A DNA stretch of 64,000 bases from Methanobacteriota archaeon (GTDB lineage: Archaea > Thermoplasmatota > E2 > DHVEG-1): contig CAVYNH010000006.1 of NCBI GenBank assembly GCA_963769885.1, forward strand, positions 288,001 through 352,000. Reading direction: 5' to 3'. The notes under the pieces are model-generated. The model was not told where the DNA came from and did not search any database. It was given only the letters and a program-made list of their open reading frames with translations. The stretch's first letter is position 1. Each line of letters starts with the position of its first letter. Made by a program: the position numbers and the translations under genes. Below, one piece after another: positions 58,472 to 64,000 of this stretch.

Positions 58472-59551
58472 CTACTTCTTTTGATATGTGTACTCGATCC
58501 GGCAGCTACCCTCACGACTCACCATGCACGGACCAAGCGGCGTCTGCGGCGTACACCGACAGCCAAACAGCGGGCATTCACTCGAGGCACACACCCCGCG
58601 TAACACCGCCCCACACAGGCACCCCGCCGGTTCCGGGAATGACTCCCCCGCCAACCCCGCCAACGCATCCGCAAACCGCAGCCGCGCATCAAACCCTGCG
58701 TACTGCGACTTCAAGAATAACCCTGACTTCGGGATCACCGGGAACCCACGCCACGCGACATCCCCCGGCACAAACACCTGTCGCATTACTGCTTGGGCCT
58801 TCACGTTCCCCTCCGGCCTCACCGCGCGGACATACTCGTTCTCCACAACCGCCTTCTTCCTCTGAACCTGCTGCACCAGCATCCAGACCGCCATGAGCAC
58901 ATCCAGCGGCTCGAACCCCGCGACCACCTGCGGCACATGATACTTCCGAGACACAGGCTGATACGGCCCCAGCCCAATGATCGTCGACACATGCCCCGGC
59001 TCGATAAACCCGTCGATCCGCAGCTCCCCCATCCCCAAGATCGCCTCCAACGCCGGCGGAATCATTCGATGGCAACTCAAAATCGAGAAATTCTTTGGAG
59101 GACCCTCCACAATCACCGCGGCCGTGGACGGCGTCGTCGTCTCAAACCCCACCGCCAAAAAGACAACATCCTTGGATGGATTCGTTCGAGCGATGCCAAC
59201 CGCATCCTCGATGCTGTACACCATCCGGACGTCACAGCCCTCCGTCTTCATCTGCGCAAGCGACGCCGCACGGCCGGGCACCTGCAGCATATCGCCGAAC
59301 GACGCGACCGTCAACCCCTTGCGCGCAAGCGTGATCGCCTCCTCGACCTCCCGCGCGGTCGTCACACACACCGGGCACCCGGGACCCTGACTGACCGTGA
59401 TCCCACAGCTTTTCAGCACCGCGTCCAGGCCATGACGTACCAGCGTCTCCTGATGCGTCCCGCAGACATGCATGAACCGAAGCTGCACTGCCGCGTCCTT
59501 GAGCTTGCCGACGATCTCATCCGCGACTGCCTTGTCTCGCAGCTCAAACAC
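58472..59551 (-). CDS. hypD: Hydrogenase maturation protein HypD
   Basis: CGTH, GPGCPVC, GFETT, PGHVS, CMVSREG. Confidence 0.96.
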   Translation of the reverse strand: MFELRDKAVADEIVGKLKDAAVQLRFMHVCGTHQETLVRHGLDAVLKSCGITVSQGPGCPVCVTTAREVEEAITLARKGLTVASFGDMLQVPGRAASLAQMKTEGCDVRMVYSIEDAVGIARTNPSKDVVFLAVGFETTTPSTAAVIVEGPPKNFSILSCHRMIPPALEAILGMGELRIDGFIEPGHVSTIIGLGPYQPVSRKYHVPQVVAGFEPLDVLMAVWMLVQQVQRKKAVVENEYVRAVRPEGNVKAQAVMRQVFVPGDVAWRGFPVIPKSGLFLKSQYAGFDARLRFADALAGLAGESFPEPAGCLCGAVLRGVCASSECPLFGCRCTPQTPLGPCMVSREGSCRIEYTYQKK

Positions 59552-59784
59552 TAGGCCTCACCCGCCGCCCCAAGCATCTCTCTGAACAACGCAAGGGTCT
59601 CCTCCGCCTCCCTGCGCTCCACCACCTGGATCGCGAACCCCGCATGGACCAGCACATAGTCTCCGACCTTGGCGTCAACCAAGGAGACGTTCACAGTCCG
59701 CGCGGTGCCATCCCCGTAATCGACCTGGGCATGGCTCATCTTCGCATCGATGCTCTTGATTTTCCCAGGGATCGCAAGGCACAC
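59551..59784 (-). CDS. hypC: Hydrogenase maturation chaperone HypC
   Basis: MCLAIPG, GDYVLVHAGFA. Confidence 0.96.
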   Translation of the reverse strand: MCLAIPGKIKSIDAKMSHAQVDYGDGTARTVNVSLVDAKVGDYVLVHAGFAIQVVERREAEETLALFREMLGAAGEA

Positions 59785-59862
59785 AACACAGCCATACCAG
59801 CGTGGATTATAAGATTAACCCAGGGAATGCGCAAAAAAGAAAAAACCGAAGGAAGCCAGTCG

Positions 59863-60204
59863 TTAGTCTTTAATGGGGATCAGGCAGAGGAACCGCAGCA
59901 TGGACTTGCCGGAGTTCACGAACTGATGCCATTCCATCGCCGGCACGAAGACGACGTCGCCGGCACCGAACGGCTCCTCGTGGGTCTTGTCGCGCAGCAG
60001 GCCGGTGCCCTCGAGGATGAAGACCTCGTGCTCCCAGTCGTGCTGGTGTAGCGGGGAACAGCCACCCGACTGGACCTCGAACATCCGCATCGCGAAGTTC
60101 TTGGCGCCGTCTTTCTTCGAGATTAGCCATCGGATCTTGATATTCTTCGCTCCCGTTTCCTTAGGTATCTCTAGATCAACCTTCGAGTAATGAACGTGCT
60201 TCAT
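59863..60204 (-). CDS. Cupin domain protein
   Basis: FAMRMF, H.HDWEHE, GDVVFVP...HQF. Confidence 0.9.
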   Translation of the reverse strand: MKHVHYSKVDLEIPKETGAKNIKIRWLISKKDGAKNFAMRMFEVQSGGCSPLHQHDWEHEVFILEGTGLLRDKTHEEPFGAGDVVFVPAMEWHQFVNSGKSMLRFLCLIPIKD

Positions 60205-60616
60205 TGACAAGCCTCCAATAGGATATTCCGAGTGGGGACAATGTGCTGGCTCATCATTAATTTTATTCCAAAAAGATGGGGAAGGGAGGAGGAGGGGTTC
60301 TTACGGCTGGAGAAGAGTCAGGAAAATGGATACCGTCACCTCTCCTCCCGTTGGAATCGTGACCTGCTCCATTGGGGAGGCTGCAATAGGATGGAGCAGA
60401 CCACCGGTTATCGTCAGTGTGGCCGTCACGCTCATCTCATGGTTCGTCAGGTTCTTCACCGACTCCAGGAGCAGGTATGGATCCTTCATGCTTATAAAGG
60501 GTCAGAAAATGGTTGGTTTTTTCCAAACGTTTGGGGGCATCCTCCAGGGGAGAGGAGGGGTTCGCATCCTTAAAATATTACTGCTTGTATTCCTGTCCCA
60601 GACAGATGGTGATTGC

Positions 60617-61453
60617 GTGAAGCTCTCTGATATCCGCGTCGGTGTCGTCCGGATCGAGGGGACGAACTGCGAGCAGGAGTCGTTGGACGCGTTCAAGCGC
60701 CTGGGGACCAAGCCTGAGTTCGTGCACCTCAAGCAGCTGCTCGGCATCGATTGTACCAAGGAGGAGTGCCGGGATCTGTTCGATTATCAGTGTGTGATGA
60801 TCCCTGGTGGGTTTTCTGCTGGCGATTATATCCGGGCGGGGGCGATCTTCGCGGCGCGGATGAAGGCTCAGTTGCAGCGGCCGTTGAGGGAGTACGTCGA
60901 GCAGGGGTACCCGGTGCTGGGGGTCTGTAACGGGTTCCAGGTGCTCACGGAGCTGGGGCTGCTGCCTGGGTTTGATGAGACGATCCGCAACGTGCCGGAT
61001 GCCTGCCTGTATTTGAATGACTCGAGTCGGTTCGAGTGCCGTCCGACGCTGTTGAAGCATGAGAACCGGGGGACGTGCGTGTTTACGCGGAAGATCCCGA
61101 AGGAGTCGATCCGCCTGATCCCCAGCGCGCATGCGGAGGGGAAGCTGTTGTTTCCTCTGGAGAAGCAGGAGGAGTACATCCGGCGGTTGGAGAAGAACGA
61201 TCAGATCGTGTTCCGGTATGTGGATCCGGAGGGGCGGTACGCGGGGTATCCGTGGAATCCGAACGGGTCACCGGGGAACCTGGCGGGGATCTGCAGCCCG
61301 TCGGGGACGGTGTTCGGGATGATGCCGCATCCTGAGCGGACGTTCTTCGTGCATCAGCAGCCGACGTGGACGCGGACCGGGTTGGACAGCGATGTCGGGG
61401 ACGGCCGGGCTGTCTTCGAGTCCGTCGTGGACTACATCTCCAAGAAATTCTAA
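60617..61453 (+). CDS. purQ: FGAM synthase glutaminase subunit
   Basis: GTNCE, PGGFSAGD, GVCNGFQ, AHAEG, NPNGS, MMPHPER; GTG start after GGTGA. Confidence 0.95.
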   Translation: MKLSDIRVGVVRIEGTNCEQESLDAFKRLGTKPEFVHLKQLLGIDCTKEECRDLFDYQCVMIPGGFSAGDYIRAGAIFAARMKAQLQRPLREYVEQGYPVLGVCNGFQVLTELGLLPGFDETIRNVPDACLYLNDSSRFECRPTLLKHENRGTCVFTRKIPKESIRLIPSAHAEGKLLFPLEKQEEYIRRLEKNDQIVFRYVDPEGRYAGYPWNPNGSPGNLAGICSPSGTVFGMMPHPERTFFVHQQPTWTRTGLDSDVGDGRAVFESVVDYISKKF

Positions 61454-61527
61454 GTAAAATCAGCTGGATTTTTTTTAATTTTTTTTGTAAGTGATTTTAG
61501 AAAATAAAAAAAAGAGAAAGGGGGGTG

Positions 61528-62808
61528 TTATTTTACATTCAGGACGAACTTCAAGAGGACGAACCCGTGGTAGGTTTTCGCCTCGGCGCCCGCGGTGACC
61601 TGAATCGTCACTCTCCCGATTCCCATGGGGGCGTCGGTGGCGTACCCTTTCTGACCGGGGCCGAGCAGCGTGAAGTTCCCGGCGTTCGACTTGCCCTTCA
61701 GGATGAAGCCGCCGGTCAGAGTAATGGTCCAGTGGATGTCCGTGATGTTGATATCGCTGCCGGTGTTCTGAATGGTCGCATTGATGCCCTTTCCACCCTT
61801 GCAGCCGATAATCGACAGCGGGATCTTGTTGATCGTTACGGTGGCGTTGTCCGTGACGGTCGCCTTCGCTGAGTCGGTGACGGTCAGGGTCGCGGTGTAG
61901 TCTTCGACCTCGCCGTAGGCGTGGGTGGGGTTTTGGTCAGGTGAGACTTGGCCGTCGCCGAACTGCCAGGCCCAGGTGTAGGGTGGGGTGCCGCCGGCCG
62001 CGGTTCCATTGAACTGGATAGGAACGTTGATGTAGGCTTCGTAAGGTCCGTCCGCGTCACAGCTGAGGGGAACAGGGGGAACGTACTCGACGAGCGAGAG
62101 GTCGTCCCAATAGACAGTAGTCGTGGTGGTATCGCCGGAGTAGAGGTCGACGCAGGCGAGGTTCTGGGCGCCGCCCGTGGCGACGTGGTTTTTCCAGCTT
62201 GTCGCCGCTTCGAATAGTTTGCCGTCTATGTAAACATTAAATTTATCGGCGGTAAGGTTGATATCGACGACGATTTTCACCCACTTGCTCAAGTTGATGG
62301 ATACGTTATAGGATACGGCATTGGAGTCCCAGATGTGGCCGGTCTGTGCGCCGAAAAAGAGTTGCAGGGACCAGTCGGGGCTGTTGTGGGCGGTGCCGGG
62401 GGTGTAGGTGTTCATGAGGATAAACATCTGATTGCCGGTTTCCGTCGCGGGCACGTAGAGCCAGGCGGTGTAGATCCAGCGGCCCATGGTATAACCGCTG
62501 TATTGGTGAACCATGTCCTGAGCCACAGAGACGTTCCATTTGCTGTCATATGAGTTGGAAGGGCTGTGGGATTGGGCGTTGCTGACTTTGCCGTTGGCCG
62601 CTGCGGTATTGTCCCAGGGTGCCCAGCCGCCTTGGCCGCCAAGGTAGCTCCCTGCGGCGTACGAGTCGAAGTTCTCGTACCAGTCAGTGGTGGCGGGTCT
62701 CCGTGTTTGGTTTGATGTCTTGATGTTTGACGCGAGAACGATACCAGCTCCAAGCATCAGGAAGGTGATTCCTAATGCTAATATAGGTTGACACACGCGT
62801 GTATGCAA
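61528..62808 (-). CDS. Secreted PKD-domain protein
   Basis: Signal; WYENFDSY..GGW lectin-like domain; GGTPPYTWAWQFGDG..NPTHAY. Confidence 0.88.
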   Translation of the reverse strand: MHTRVCQPILALGITFLMLGAGIVLASNIKTSNQTRRPATTDWYENFDSYAAGSYLGGQGGWAPWDNTAAANGKVSNAQSHSPSNSYDSKWNVSVAQDMVHQYSGYTMGRWIYTAWLYVPATETGNQMFILMNTYTPGTAHNSPDWSLQLFFGAQTGHIWDSNAVSYNVSINLSKWVKIVVDINLTADKFNVYIDGKLFEAATSWKNHVATGGAQNLACVDLYSGDTTTTTVYWDDLSLVEYVPPVPLSCDADGPYEAYINVPIQFNGTAAGGTPPYTWAWQFGDGQVSPDQNPTHAYGEVEDYTATLTVTDSAKATVTDNATVTINKIPLSIIGCKGGKGINATIQNTGSDINITDIHWTITLTGGFILKGKSNAGNFTLLGPGQKGYATDAPMGIGRVTIQVTAGAEAKTYHGFVLLKFVLNVK

Positions 62809-63081
62809 TTCCTTCTGCCTCCCTTACTAAAGCTTCGAATGGAACTCGACAGATTTAAATGTTTCTTTTCTAATAATATCGAGAAAAATGTAACAAATGG
62901 GAAAAAAGAGGGGCTGTTCGACATTTTTCCTTTCAATATCTACCGATAAATAACGGATAATTTCTTTATATAGTTGGAGAGGAACCAGGGGATAGAACCC
63001 CCGCACCGACGTCATGCACAGTATCGGGGCTGCGAACCTTTTTTATAGGAAGACCGCCCTTTCTTTCCCTGAGGCTTTCCT

Positions 63082-64000
63082 ATGATCCGAAGACTCCTCG
63101 TTCTCACCACCGCCGCCCTCCTGATTACAACCTTGCTGCCGGTCCCGATTCAGGCGACACCGAAGACCGGCCCTGCCCTACCTGATTGGCCCGACGGGAC
63201 CTTCCAGGGGACCTGGCAGAGTCCACTCATCAGCGGCACCCTCTCCGGCACCTTCGACCAAGGCCGACGTAACACCATCGGCACCTTCTCCGCCACTTGG
63301 ACCACCGCCAACACCACCGAACACCTCACCGGCTTCTTCCTCGGCCGCCTCTTCTTCGGCACCCGCAATGGCACCAACCAGGCCTTCTTCGGCCATATCA
63401 CCACCAGCGACACCAACTTCACCGGCCGCCTCCTCCTCCAAGGCGAAGGCCTCATCCGCATCACCGGCCACTACCAAGCCAGCTTCCTCCCCGCCCTCAC
63501 CGGCCCATATCATATCGGCGTCCAAAGCTTCCACCTCGTCGACCCCGACCGCCCCGAAAACTTCACCACCGACCCCATGGACGTCCGGGAATTCATGGTC
63601 AACCTCTGGTACCCACTCGACCCCAACGCCTCCGGCACCCCAGACCTCTACATGGACCCCCCGACATTCCTGTGGCTCAAGAACCAGTCCCCTATCCCCC
63701 TCATCTCCATCCCCAACAACGCCTATGAATTCGTCCATCCGCACGGCCACCAAGGCGCCCTCATCGCCCCCGGGCTGCACCCGATCCTCGTCTTCTCCCC
63801 CGGCTATGACGGCGTCTACCAGATCTACACCTCCCTCATCGAAGACCTCGCCAGCCACGGCTTCGTCGTCGCCGCCATCAACCACCCCTACGTCTCCGGC
63901 ATCACCGTCTTCCCCGACGGCCACACCGTCGACATCGCCACACCCCCCACCGACCCCGTCGAACGCGTAGCCTTCATGAACATGTCCCTGCGGACAATCG
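63082..64000 (+). CDS. Secreted alpha/beta hydrolase (PAF acetylhydrolase-like), partial
   Basis: Manual translation: signal MIRRLLVL; LTGPYHIG, NLWYP, LVFSPG, EDLASHGFVVAAINHP; runs off the window. Confidence 0.85.
   Translation, partial: MIRRLLVLTTAALLITTLLPVPIQATPKTGPALPDWPDGTFQGTWQSPLISGTLSGTFDQGRRNTIGTFSATWTTANTTEHLTGFFLGRLFFGTRNGTNQAFFGHITTSDTNFTGRLLLQGEGLIRITGHYQASFLPALTGPYHIGVQSFHLVDPDRPENFTTDPMDVREFMVNLWYPLDPNASGTPDLYMDPPTFLWLKNQSPIPLISIPNNAYEFVHPHGHQGALIAPGLHPILVFSPGYDGVYQIYTSLIEDLASHGFVVAAINHPYVSGITVFPDGHTVDIATPPTDPVERVAFMNMSLRTI

Noticed and set aside
60301-60489. 62-aa ORF beside purQ as PurS
   Set aside because: Opposite strand and no DP.G or LANP motifs; more like a remnant of a secreted-protein C-terminal domain

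Overview
64 kb of an archaeal chromosome (TFB, Alba, fibrillarin, geranylgeranyl reductases, BRE/TATA promoters). The many secreted PKD/NosD/DUF2341 proteins, peptidases and IorAB suggest an anaerobic peptide-degrading Thermoplasmatota such as MBG-D/Thermoprofundales (inference). Main blocks: lipid/cofactor genes; a low-GC insert (about 2430-4560) cut into two cassettes by three tRNA-3'-end repeats; iorAB; thiDN and alba; an acn-icd-aclB-aclA (ATP citrate lyase) operon divergent from regulator-acs-fumAB; a candidate RiPP locus (unannotated 32-aa INP-repeat peptide, tandem Lrp regulator, 70-aa ORF, B12 radical SAM maturase) followed by two paralogous membrane proteins and two divergent GGR-like genes; surface proteins preceded by three repeated promoters and two hairpin sRNA candidates; gcvHT, flpA, a prenyl synthase, rlmE, tfb, a Grs-like radical SAM; an 11-12 gene PerR-led oxidative stress/Fe-S/sulfur-relay run with a 7-1-7 operator; hypCD and purQ. 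The window shows strong alternating C/A versus G/T strand-skew domains that do not follow gene direction. I found no CRISPR array, intact tRNA, rRNA, integrase or transposase. All assignments come from motif recognition by eye; no searches were run.
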